The notes under the pieces are model-generated. The model was not told the DNA's origin. It was given only the letters and a program-made list of their open reading frames with translations, and did no database searches. DNA of 64,000 nt from a bacterium (GTDB lineage Bacteria; Patescibacteriota; Patescibacteriia; Magasanikbacterales; GWA2-37-8): assembly GCA_043810165.1 (NCBI GenBank), contig JBDROJ010000027.1:36974-100973 (forward strand). The letters run 5' to 3'. Each line of letters begins with the position of its first letter. Positions within the stretch are counted from its first letter, which is position 1. A program made the translations under genes and the position numbers. Positions 51,817 to 60,587 of the stretch are shown in pieces.

Positions 51817-52425
51817 TTAGGTAAACAAGTAGCGTTTTTTATATTTAACCACCCATGATCCGGAAAGCAATACGCCTAATACAAAGCCCGCTAATATATT
51901 TAAGACAAAACTAGGACGGGCAGGAAAACTCGGGTATATTGGGGCGCTTACCACTTTTATAATCACATTTCCACCAACATATTCCCAACCCTGGCTTGAT
52001 AAAGTTTTTGCAACAGCATTAGCCAAATTAACCGCATCACCCTTGCTGTAACTGTAGGCTTTAATATTCATAATTCCGGCGCCATAAACCATGCTAGACT
52101 GAATATCTTTAGCCCATTTTTTTCTTTTCTTTTTTTCAGTTAAATTATCCCACTGATTTCTATCAAACTTCTGCAGGCTATTGTCCATAACGCGCTTGTA
52201 AAAATCACTGGTTTTCATTATTTGCCCCAAATTTTCACCGATTTTTTCAGCTGATCTGGACTGCGTATATGGATCAACTCCGCTATTGTCGCGGGAAATA
52301 ATCAATATTTGAGATTCAGCGCTGTATTGTCTTGGCAAAAGTACAGAGATAAGAGTTGAACAAAAAATAAAAAACAAACCCCAAGCTAAAACTAGTTGGT
52401 AATTTTTTAATAGAACTTTAAGCAT
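51817..52425 (-). CDS. Wzz/YveK-like polysaccharide co-polymerase family protein
   Basis: TM-P.QYSA....I-periplasmic region-P.RP-TM. Confidence 0.7.
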   Translation of the reverse strand: MLKVLLKNYQLVLAWGLFFIFCSTLISVLLPRQYSAESQILIISRDNSGVDPYTQSRSAEKIGENLGQIMKTSDFYKRVMDNSLQKFDRNQWDNLTEKKKRKKWAKDIQSSMVYGAGIMNIKAYSYSKGDAVNLANAVAKTLSSQGWEYVGGNVIIKVVSAPIYPSFPARPSFVLNILAGFVLGVLLSGSWVVKYKKRYLFT

Positions 52426-52515
52426 ATTCTTTAAATTAATTCTAAAGGGATAAGCCCTTAAAGAAAATTCCCCCAAAGAGCAAGCATTAAACTGGCAAGC
52501 TCTGAAAGAATAATT

Positions 52516-53631
52516 TTAATTATCAATGGTTTTTTTAACCACCGGCAATTCAAGCTCTAAGAGTTTGCCATTGCGCAATAATTTTATTTTAACTTTTTGA
52601 TTATTACTAAGAGTATACCATAGATTTGCCTCGTCAACAAGCAATCCGTTAATTTCTGTTATAAAATCGCCAACGCGCAACAGACTTTTTTCCTGCCAAA
52701 CGCCATCTATAACAAATCCATCTTCTCTTAAGCCATTAATAATTACAGGCTGTCCCTGACTGAACCAACCATTCACACCCAATGAAGGATATTCCAAACT
52801 TTTTTTATTTAAAAATTCAGACAGCATCCTGGTGATATAAGTATTGGGAAGCATTTTACCCTGGCCCATGCTAATCCCCACTACTCTGCCCTGCCCATTC
52901 ACAACTATCTTTCCCTGGCCGAAAGAACCACTTAAAAAATAACTGGAAGCCGGCGCCGTATCCAAGCGCAATTTTTGTTTGGTCAAATACGACCTCTGAC
53001 CGATTAAACTGTAATTCCAATCGCCTCCATCATAAACAAAAACTTCATCGCCATTTTTAATTGTCTCGCTAAAATTAACCACTTTAAATTGTCCTGATTT
53101 TATTTTTAAATAAACCAATCCTGAATTTTTGTCATTAACTTGCTTTTCTATTTCATAAACTCGATCATCTTGGCTCAAAGCCATCATTTTATTGTTCTTG
53201 CCAGGTAGCACAAAATCAGGCTTATACATAACTACCCAACCGTCTGAACTAACTAAAATGGCCTCGCCTAATTTTAATTGGTCATCCAGATAAATTGATT
53301 TGGAAGGTTCGGATAAATTAGAAGCCGATTGATAAACATATATGATTCGACTGGCTATCTCGCTATGAACCCTGTCTTCCAGCTGATTACGCGATATGGC
53401 CGGACGCTGATAAGAGGTTATCCAAATATCACCGGCTCCAACACTTGGCCATATCCAGCCCAAGACCATGGCCGCGCCAGACATACTTACAGCCAAACTA
53501 AAAAAAGCAACAAACAACAAAAATTTAAGTCTTTGCCAAAGACGATGGTTATACAAATTACATGAAGGCACGGGTAAATGCGGTGATATTTTTTTCATAA
53601 TTGTTATGTTCAGTTTAGATGTTATTTCCAA
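52516..53631 (-). CDS. Degenerate HtrA-like trypsin/PDZ membrane protein
   Basis: SSDGWVV, G.VVGI, PDZ GDFITEING; GNSGG absent; start uncertain. Confidence 0.6.
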   Translation of the reverse strand: MEITSKLNITIMKKISPHLPVPSCNLYNHRLWQRLKFLLFVAFFSLAVSMSGAAMVLGWIWPSVGAGDIWITSYQRPAISRNQLEDRVHSEIASRIIYVYQSASNLSEPSKSIYLDDQLKLGEAILVSSDGWVVMYKPDFVLPGKNNKMMALSQDDRVYEIEKQVNDKNSGLVYLKIKSGQFKVVNFSETIKNGDEVFVYDGGDWNYSLIGQRSYLTKQKLRLDTAPASSYFLSGSFGQGKIVVNGQGRVVGISMGQGKMLPNTYITRMLSEFLNKKSLEYPSLGVNGWFSQGQPVIINGLREDGFVIDGVWQEKSLLRVGDFITEINGLLVDEANLWYTLSNNQKVKIKLLRNGKLLELELPVVKKTIDN

Positions 53632-54434
53632 CGAACCGCGAAAATTAAAAATAATAAAAATAAAATAAAATTTGCTCCTAAAAATTTAATTTGTCTTGCC
53701 CATTTGATTCCTTCAACAGTCAGGTTAAAACGCATTAACAGCCATAGAATATACCAAATCCAAATTAATATCAAACTGCCAACCATATGCCCAAAAGGCA
53801 GTTTTGATACTACCCAAATCAATTGCAATATTAAAATAAAAAACAATACTAAAGAAATTAAAAACTGCTTGCCGTATTTTAAACCATATTCCCACCACCA
53901 CCACCCGGCTAAAACCGTGCTGATTATGGCGGACATTATATACCAGACCCAATTATTAATTTGATATGCTATTTGAAATGAAATTAAGGCCTGTACGCCT
54001 GCGAAAATTCCGCTTAAGCCAACGGCCGTCATAATAAAACGCCATCTCATATGAGGCTTCATGGAAACAATCAAACTTATTTTAGAAGTCGGTAAAAACC
54101 AAAAGCTTAAAAAAGTCATTAGCAAAAATACAAGAGATAAAAGATACCAGCTTAAATTAGCTAAATGATCAACCGAATCTCTGTCTGTAAAGAGCAGTAG
54201 TAATACCAGCCCCAAACTCAATATTAACAAAGCCAAATAATGACGCCATCGTATTGCTTCCAATGGGTAATACATAAATCTGATAAAAATTAACCAGAGA
54301 GATTGCCTGCAGATCAAAATTATAACCAAAAACCACCAAGTCGGGGTTATTGTTAAAGAATATAAAAATAACGCACTCAAAAACAGATCAAAAATGGCTA
54401 CTAAACGAGGATGTAAAGAAATGGATTTTAGCAT
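53622..54434 (-). CDS. Multi-pass membrane protein
   Basis: About 8 hydrophobic segments. Confidence 0.75.
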   Translation of the reverse strand: MLKSISLHPRLVAIFDLFLSALFLYSLTITPTWWFLVIILICRQSLWLIFIRFMYYPLEAIRWRHYLALLILSLGLVLLLLFTDRDSVDHLANLSWYLLSLVFLLMTFLSFWFLPTSKISLIVSMKPHMRWRFIMTAVGLSGIFAGVQALISFQIAYQINNWVWYIMSAIISTVLAGWWWWEYGLKYGKQFLISLVLFFILILQLIWVVSKLPFGHMVGSLILIWIWYILWLLMRFNLTVEGIKWARQIKFLGANFILFLLFLIFAVRWK

Positions 54435-54552
54435 AAATTTATCTTATTATACACTAAAATTGCTAAAAAGTCAAGTTTTGGCCATTGCTATCCAAATTAA
54501 ATTGTGCTATTCTAATATCTATTAAAGCCATACCAAGTTTTTTAAATTAATC

Positions 54553-54678
54553 CTGTCATTGCGAGCGTAAGTGTTACTGTCATTGCGAGCGTAGCGAAGC
54601 AATCTCGTCGGTTCTAGTAATAACGAGATTGCTTCGCTACGCTCGCAATGACAAAAAAAACACGGCTCGCAATGACAG
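54553..54678. repeat. Nested palindromic repeat upstream of smpB
   Basis: Inner perfect 31-bp IR (54578-54608/54623-54653) inside outer CTGTCATTGCGAGC/GCTCGCAATGACAG. Confidence 0.9.
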
Positions 54679-54714
54679 AATTAATACACCAAATCATCTG
54701 GTATAGAAAAAAAT

Positions 54715-55170
54715 ATGACTGGCAAATTACTTGCGAAAAACAAAAAAGCCTATTTTGATTATGAAATTCTGGAAACTCTAGAGGCTGGTTTAAAATTGCT
54801 TGGACATGAGGTAAAGTCAGCTAAAAATAGCAGTCTTAATCTAAAAGGCAGTTATATCACTTTCCATAAAGACAAGCCTGGCGTCAGTAATATGCATATT
54901 TCCAAATACAAGCCAGCCGGAGCCTTGCCAGACCACGATCCTGAACGCTGGAGAGATGTTTTATTGAAAAAAAAACAAATAGCTTATATAAAAGAAAAAT
55001 CAACTGAAAAGGGCTTGACAATCATACCACTTAAGGTGTATACTAGCGGACGTCTAATTAAATTAGAAATAGGCATTTGCAAAGGCAAAAAAACCTATGA
55101 TAAACGTGAAATAATCAAGAAACGTGACTTGGATAGAGAAATTAAACGTGATTTAAAAGGACAATATTAA
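54715..55170 (+). CDS. smpB: SsrA-binding protein
   Basis: NKKAYFDY, EAGLKLLGHEVKS, GKKTYDKRE. Confidence 0.97.
   Translation: MTGKLLAKNKKAYFDYEILETLEAGLKLLGHEVKSAKNSSLNLKGSYITFHKDKPGVSNMHISKYKPAGALPDHDPERWRDVLLKKKQIAYIKEKSTEKGLTIIPLKVYTSGRLIKLEIGICKGKKTYDKREIIKKRDLDREIKRDLKGQY
55015..55044 (+). promoter_or_regulatory. Promoter inside smpB, likely driving the tmRNA region
   Basis: TTGACA-18-TATACT. Confidence 0.6.
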
Positions 55171-55332
55171 GGCTATACCGCTAAATACGCTTTCGTAGCG
55201 AAATTGATAAATTATGAGACAAAATTATTGAACAAATTTTGAGGCCTAGCTTTAGCTAAGCCAAAAAATTTTGAAATGATTTTGACCATAATTTATCAAT
55301 TGCAGTAGAAATGGTATTTGGCGACAGGGCCT
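55170..55332 (+). ncRNA. Long rod-like hairpin RNA, 6S-like candidate
   Basis: Closing stem, 13/12-nt central region, perfect 15-bp stem, apical stem; G-U pairs favour the plus strand. Confidence 0.45.
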
Positions 55333-55354
55333 ATAACCACAATCCCCCAAAATA

Positions 55355-55749
55355 GGGGGTGTCGGGCTTCGACAGGAATATTTGTTATCACCGGCATATT
55401 GAGCTGGCTCCATGCTCATAAATCTCTGGGGCGCAAACACAAATGCAAATTTGTACACAAAAGCAAAAACAGCTGTTGCACAAATGTTCAATAGCTACAA
55501 CTTTGCTCCGGCAATGGCTTAATTGCCTATGCCCATCGCGCTGGCCATACCTAGTAACCAGTTGCGGTGCCACTTACCAGGCGTAGGTTAAAAATCGTTC
55601 TGATAGATTTTTAACTGAAAGCAAATATTAGATAGCTATTTAAGTTTTGGTTCTCTTCCTACTTAATTAGCAAATTAAACAAGAGAACTAAATATGTAGA
55701 AGGTATTAACAAAATTATCTGCACGCGGGTTCAACTCCCGCCACCTCCA
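55355..55749 (+). ncRNA. ssrA: tmRNA
   Basis: GGGGGTG/CACCTCC-A acceptor with G3-U, TTCGAC, GGGTTCAACTCCC T-arm, tag ORF 55445-55522, next to smpB. Confidence 0.95.
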
Positions 55750-55768
55750 CTAAAGGTATAAACATTAT

Positions 55769-56314
55769 ATGCGCATTTCACGCAAAAAGAAAAAGGCTGT
55801 AATAAAAAGAGTATATTATTACAATGAGAGAATAACTGCACCTGAAGTTATTATTTTAGATTCGGAAGGCAATAATATAGGGGTAATGAATACGGCCGAG
55901 GCAATTCGCAAAGCCAAAGAAGAAGAAATGGATTTGATTTTAATCAATCCTAAATCCGATCCTCCCGTGGCTAAAATAGCGGACTATGGACAATTCCGAT
56001 ACCAGAAAGAAAAAGAGGAAAGAAAGAAAATAGCCAGACAGCATGTAACTGATATTAAGGGTATTAGGTTGTCTTTACGCATCGGACCTCATGATTTGGA
56101 GATAAGACGCAAGAGGTCATTAAAATTTTTAAATCAAGGCGACAAAGTTAAAATTGAAATAATTTTAAGAGGCCGTGAAAACAAACAAAAAGCAATCGGC
56201 TTTGAAATTATGGACAAATTTATCAAATCGATTGATGAAGCCGAGCCAGTGCGCAGAGAACAAGATATAGAATCACAATTTAATAAAATTACCAGCATAA
56301 TCGCTAAAAAATAA
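55769..56314 (+). CDS. infC: Translation initiation factor IF-3
   Basis: NERI.APEV, PPVAKIADYG, GDKVK...RGRE. Confidence 0.95.
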   Translation: MRISRKKKKAVIKRVYYYNERITAPEVIILDSEGNNIGVMNTAEAIRKAKEEEMDLILINPKSDPPVAKIADYGQFRYQKEKEERKKIARQHVTDIKGIRLSLRIGPHDLEIRRKRSLKFLNQGDKVKIEIILRGRENKQKAIGFEIMDKFIKSIDEAEPVRREQDIESQFNKITSIIAKK

Positions 56315-56323
56315 TATACTAAT

Positions 56324-56521
56324 ATGAAGTTAAAAACAAATAAGGCAATTTCCGGAAGATTTAAAAAAACCGGTTCTGGCAAGCTTAAAAAAATAACTTG
56401 CGGGCAAGGCCATTTCAACACTCGTGAAACAGGCAAAGTTGGCCGTAATAAAAAGTCTGATAAGGTTGATAGTTGTGGAAAAAAAGTGATTAAAACAATT
56501 AATACCTATTTAGCCAAATAA
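56324..56521 (+). CDS. rpmI: 50S ribosomal protein L35
   Basis: KLKTNK...RFKKTGSGK; operon position. Confidence 0.92.
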   Translation: MKLKTNKAISGRFKKTGSGKLKKITCGQGHFNTRETGKVGRNKKSDKVDSCGKKVIKTINTYLAK

Positions 56522-56556
56522 TTATAATACTAAATCAATAATAAACAAATTTCAAT

Positions 56557-56901
56557 ATGCCTAGAGTTAAAGGTGGAAAAGTGCATGCCAAGCGCAGGCG
56601 CGGTATCCTGAAACGCACAAAGGGGTTTAAATGGGGGCGAAAAAACAAAATAAAATTAGCTAAAATTGCTGATAAAAAAGCCGGCCAGCATGCTTACCGC
56701 GATCGCAAGGTCAAAAAAAGGACTAATCGTGGCTTGTGGCTGATCAGAATTAATGCAGCCGTGCGTGTATTTGGTTTAAGTTATAGCAAATTTATGGATG
56801 CCTTGAAAAAGAAAGAAATCGGATTAAATCGCAAAGTTTTATCGGAAATTGCCCATCAACAGCCTGAAATTTTCGCTAAAATAGTGGAGTCTGTTAAATA
56901 A
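56557..56901 (+). CDS. rplT: 50S ribosomal protein L20
   Basis: MPRVKGG, AYRDRK, LW..RINAA. Confidence 0.97.
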   Translation: MPRVKGGKVHAKRRRGILKRTKGFKWGRKNKIKLAKIADKKAGQHAYRDRKVKKRTNRGLWLIRINAAVRVFGLSYSKFMDALKKKEIGLNRKVLSEIAHQQPEIFAKIVESVK

Positions 56902-56905
56902 TTGA

Positions 56906-56954
56906 TTATCCACAACCGCTAAGACTTGACAAAAAGGTCAAAATGTGCTAGGAT
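56906..56954 (+). promoter_or_regulatory. DnaA box plus sigma70 promoter
   Basis: TTATCCACA 56906-56914; TTGACA 56926-56931, 17 nt, TG-n-TAGGAT 56949-56954. Confidence 0.65.
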
Positions 56955-56960
56955 AAATTT

Positions 56961-57060
56961 ACTATATTAAAACAAGACCCTGAAGCTGTTTGGTATTAGG
57001 AGAAGCGTCCCCTCCTTCGCTTCCTACCTATTACCAAACACCGTCAGGGTCTTTTTTGTT
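56961..57060 (+). ncRNA. Candidate sRNA hairpin with an anti-SD loop
   Basis: Promoter upstream, ~30-bp interrupted stem 56974-57053, loop TCCCCTCCTT, T-run. Confidence 0.5.
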
Positions 57061-57063
57061 TTT

Positions 57064-58542
57064 TTATTCGTATTTACTATAATTAGGCGCCGAATCAACT
57101 TGTTGCAGGTCATGGGGATGGTTTTCTTTAAGACTGGCCGAAGTGGTTCTAACAAACACGGCTTTATCTTGCAGTTCTTGAATAGTTTTAGCACCACAAT
57201 AACCCATTCCACTGCGTAAACCGCCAGCTAATTGATATAATATTCGTTCTACCGGGCCTTTGTATAAAACCTTGCCACTGACACCTTCAGGAACAAATTT
57301 CTTTTTTTCTTGAATATGTCCTTGGCCATAACGATCTTTACTCCCCTGCTCCATGGCTTCAATACTGCCCATACCACGATAAACCTTAAACATCTTACCG
57401 CCTACATATTCTACCCTGCCTGGTGTCTCGTCTGTTCCAGCTAGCATATTACCCACCATAATGGCTTGAGCACCAATGGCCAGAGCTTTTACCACATCAC
57501 CTGAACTTTTGATACCACCATCAGCAATCACTGATATTTTTTTGCCTGGCATTGATTTAACCGCATCCACCACTTCTTTTAAAGCAGATAATTGTGGCAC
57601 GCCAACACCTGAAATAACTCTTGTGGTACAAATTGATCCTGGGCCGATACCTACTTTCACTGCATCAGCTCCGGCTTCCACCAAATCCCTGGCCGCTTCG
57701 GCCGTGGCAATATTACCGGCAATAATGGGCAAGCCAATATAATTTTGTTTAATTTGTCTAAGAGTATCAATTACCCCGGATGAATGTCCATGGGCAGTAT
57801 CAATTACTATCACATCCACTCCTGCCTTGACCAAAGCCTGCACCCGATCCACGGCCGGCTGGCCAACGCTTACAGCTGCACCAACGCGCAACTGTTTGGA
57901 TCCGTTTTTGCAAGCATAAGGATATATTTCATTTTTTTCCAAATCACGCCTGGTTACCAAATTAGTTAACTTGCCCTGTCCATCAACCACGCATAAAGTT
58001 TTTACTCTTTTTTCATGAATCATTTTATTGGCATCATCCAGACTAATCCCCTGCCTGGCCACAACCATTTCTGACAATGGAAGCATGCGATCCTTTACCA
58101 GTAAACTATCATCTTGAGGATGAAAATAATCAATATCTCTAATAATTCCAACCAATACGCCTTGATTATCAACAACCGGCACTTTTTTAAAACCAAATCT
58201 ATTTTTAATCTCTGCCACTTTGCTGATTTGGTCATCCGGAAGAATAGTGATCGGATCTTCTATAAAACCATTTTCAAAACGCTTGACCAGGCTTACTTCA
58301 TCGGCCTGTTCTTGCACGCTTAGATTTTTATGGATAATGCCGATACCGCCAGTTAAGGCCATGGCAATGGCCATCTTGTGTTCAGTGACTGTATCCATGG
58401 ACGCGCTTAAAAATGGCGTGTTTAATTTTATGTCAGCAGTCAAATAAGTTTTTAATTCTGCATCTTTTGGCAAAATAAAAGACTTCTGCGGGACAAGCAA
58501 AACATCGTCAAAAGTTAGGGTTTGTTGGAAATTTTGAAACAT
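57064..58542 (-). CDS. guaB: IMP dehydrogenase
   Basis: LTFDDVLLVP, CBS pair, GIGPGSICTT, YRGMGS. Confidence 0.97.
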   Translation of the reverse strand: MFQNFQQTLTFDDVLLVPQKSFILPKDAELKTYLTADIKLNTPFLSASMDTVTEHKMAIAMALTGGIGIIHKNLSVQEQADEVSLVKRFENGFIEDPITILPDDQISKVAEIKNRFGFKKVPVVDNQGVLVGIIRDIDYFHPQDDSLLVKDRMLPLSEMVVARQGISLDDANKMIHEKRVKTLCVVDGQGKLTNLVTRRDLEKNEIYPYACKNGSKQLRVGAAVSVGQPAVDRVQALVKAGVDVIVIDTAHGHSSGVIDTLRQIKQNYIGLPIIAGNIATAEAARDLVEAGADAVKVGIGPGSICTTRVISGVGVPQLSALKEVVDAVKSMPGKKISVIADGGIKSSGDVVKALAIGAQAIMVGNMLAGTDETPGRVEYVGGKMFKVYRGMGSIEAMEQGSKDRYGQGHIQEKKKFVPEGVSGKVLYKGPVERILYQLAGGLRSGMGYCGAKTIQELQDKAVFVRTTSASLKENHPHDLQQVDSAPNYSKYE

Positions 58543-58588
58543 ATGTCTAATATGATATATTATATAGAATCCTTAGCAAAAAGCAAGC

Positions 58589-60469
58589 ATGAATAACGAA
58601 CATGAAATAGTTATATTGGATTTTGGCTCCCAATATACACATCTTATTGCCCGTCGTATTCGCGAATTGGGCTTGGTTTCGCATATTTATGATAATGATA
58701 CGCCTGTAAGCCAATTAGATAATGCAGTTGGCATAATACTATCCGGAGGACCTAAAAGCGTGCTGAACCAACAGCGACTTGATTATGATCCAAGACTTTT
58801 TGATTTAAATCTGCCAATTTTGGGAATGTGCTATGGACATCAATTAATTACTCAACATTTTGGCGGACAAGTTGTGTCCGGAAAAAGCAGAGAATACGGC
58901 CTGGCCAAAATAAAAACAAAGCCCTGCTCCCTGTTTGAACAAGTGGACTCGCAAACTCAAGTATGGATGAGCCATGGAGATCATGTAGCCGAACTGCCTC
59001 CGGGATTTGAATCTATTGCTATTACTAATAACGATGCCAACACGGCCATGGCCAATACGGATAAAAATATCTACAGCCTGCAATTTCATCCGGAAGTAAC
59101 TCATACAACTCAAGGCAAACAGATGCTGTCCAATTTCATATTTAACATCTGTAAAGCTGAAAGAAATTGGACTACAAATAAAATGTTGGAACAAATTCAA
59201 TCTGAAATTAAACAACAAGCTGGATATAAAAATATTTTTCTCTTAATTAGCGGTGGAGTTGATTCCACGGTTTGTTTTGCTTTATTAGAAAAAACCTTGG
59301 GCAAAAAACGAGTCTATGGCCTGCATATTGATCATGGTTTGATGCGTTTAAATGAATCGGCACAAGTTAATCAAGCTTTGAAAAATATCGGATTAGATGA
59401 CCTTCATATTTACAATGCTGAAAAGCAATATTTGCATGCTCTTGACGGCGTGGCCGATCCTGAACAAAAGCGAAAAATTATTGGAGATTTGTTTTTAGAC
59501 ATAGCTGGCCAGGTTATGGTTAAAAATGGCATGGATGACGGGCAATGGCTATTGGGCCAAGGCACAATTTATCCGGACACCGTTGAATCTGGCGGTACCA
59601 AACAAGCTGATTTAATCAAAACTCATCATAATCGTGTTCCTCGAGTGCAAGAAATGATTGCTCAAGGAAAAATCATTGAACCAATCAGAGAATTGTACAA
59701 AGACGAAGTGCGTCAAATCGGCCTTAAACTAGGATTGCCAAAAAATCTGCTTTATCGCCATCCTTTTCCTGGCCCTGGTTTGGGGATTAGATGTTTGTGT
59801 TCAGATGGCTTATCATTGTCAGCCCGAAGGGCGATGCAATCCCGTCTTATCCCTGTCATTGCGAGCGTAAGCGAAGCAAGCCCGTTATTACAGAACCAAC
59901 AGGATTGCTTCGCTTACGCTCGCAATGACAAAGAAAAACAGACTCTCAATAACAAATTTTACAAACTACCTATTAAATCAGTGGGTGTGCAAGGTGATGA
60001 GCGTTCTTATGCTTATCCGGCGTTAATAAATAAACTTGATTGGGAAGAACTGCGCGTTATTGCACCGCAAATTACCAATCAGCATCAAGACATTAATCGC
60101 GTTTTAGTTTTGGTTTCAGGTAATCCAGATAAAATTGCACAATCAGATTTAAAGCCTGCATATATAACAAAACAAAGGCTTGAACTTTTGCGCCAAATTG
60201 ATCACATAGTGAATAAGAATATTCTTAACAATCCCGATTGTTCTCACATATGGCAATTGCCCGTAGTAATGATTCCTTTTGGTTATAATAAGAAAGAAAC
60301 CGTCGTCTTAAGACCGGTTGAATCAGAAGAAGCCATGACTGTATCTTGGGCGCAAATTTCCGATGGTATTTTAAATGAAATTATACAGGAGATTAACCGG
60401 CTTGAAGCAGTTGATTTTATCATGTATGATATTACCAATAAACCACCAGGTACAATTGAGTGGGAATGA
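58589..60469 (+). CDS. guaA: GMP synthase (glutamine-hydrolysing) with repeat-derived insertion
   Basis: LDFGSQY, GMCYG, QFHPE, SGGVDS, IKTHHN, HPFPGPGL, KPPGTIEWE. Confidence 0.96.
   Translation: MNNEHEIVILDFGSQYTHLIARRIRELGLVSHIYDNDTPVSQLDNAVGIILSGGPKSVLNQQRLDYDPRLFDLNLPILGMCYGHQLITQHFGGQVVSGKSREYGLAKIKTKPCSLFEQVDSQTQVWMSHGDHVAELPPGFESIAITNNDANTAMANTDKNIYSLQFHPEVTHTTQGKQMLSNFIFNICKAERNWTTNKMLEQIQSEIKQQAGYKNIFLLISGGVDSTVCFALLEKTLGKKRVYGLHIDHGLMRLNESAQVNQALKNIGLDDLHIYNAEKQYLHALDGVADPEQKRKIIGDLFLDIAGQVMVKNGMDDGQWLLGQGTIYPDTVESGGTKQADLIKTHHNRVPRVQEMIAQGKIIEPIRELYKDEVRQIGLKLGLPKNLLYRHPFPGPGLGIRCLCSDGLSLSARRAMQSRLIPVIASVSEASPLLQNQQDCFAYARNDKEKQTLNNKFYKLPIKSVGVQGDERSYAYPALINKLDWEELRVIAPQITNQHQDINRVLVLVSGNPDKIAQSDLKPAYITKQRLELLRQIDHIVNKNILNNPDCSHIWQLPVVMIPFGYNKKETVVLRPVESEEAMTVSWAQISDGILNEIIQEINRLEAVDFIMYDITNKPPGTIEWE
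59811..59930. repeat. Palindromic repeat inserted in frame in guaA
   Basis: Perfect 26-bp IR 59854-59879/59905-59930 plus a degenerate half copy 59811-59843. Confidence 0.9.
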
Positions 60470-60545
60470 TTTATGCTATATGCAAAATCTAGAAGAAACA
60501 AAAAAAGAATAATTAAACCTTTACAGAAACTTAGAGTTTGTAATT

Positions 60546-60577
60546 AAAACATCCCGATTGATTCGGGATGTTTTTTT
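60546..60577. terminator. Bidirectional terminator
   Basis: AAAACATCCCGA/TCGGGATGTTTT. Confidence 0.75.
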
Positions 60578-60587
60578 AATTTTTCTC

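Noticed and set aside
54553-54678. CRISPR array
   Set aside because: The repeats are inverted and nested rather than regularly spaced direct repeats, and there are no cas genes.
55252-55573. Minus-strand ORFs over tmRNA, and other antisense ORFs in the track
   Set aside because: These are shadow ORFs of well-supported genes or RNAs.
56906-56914. Replication origin
   Set aside because: Only a single DnaA box, with no cluster and no dnaA; gene orientation points to a terminus region instead.
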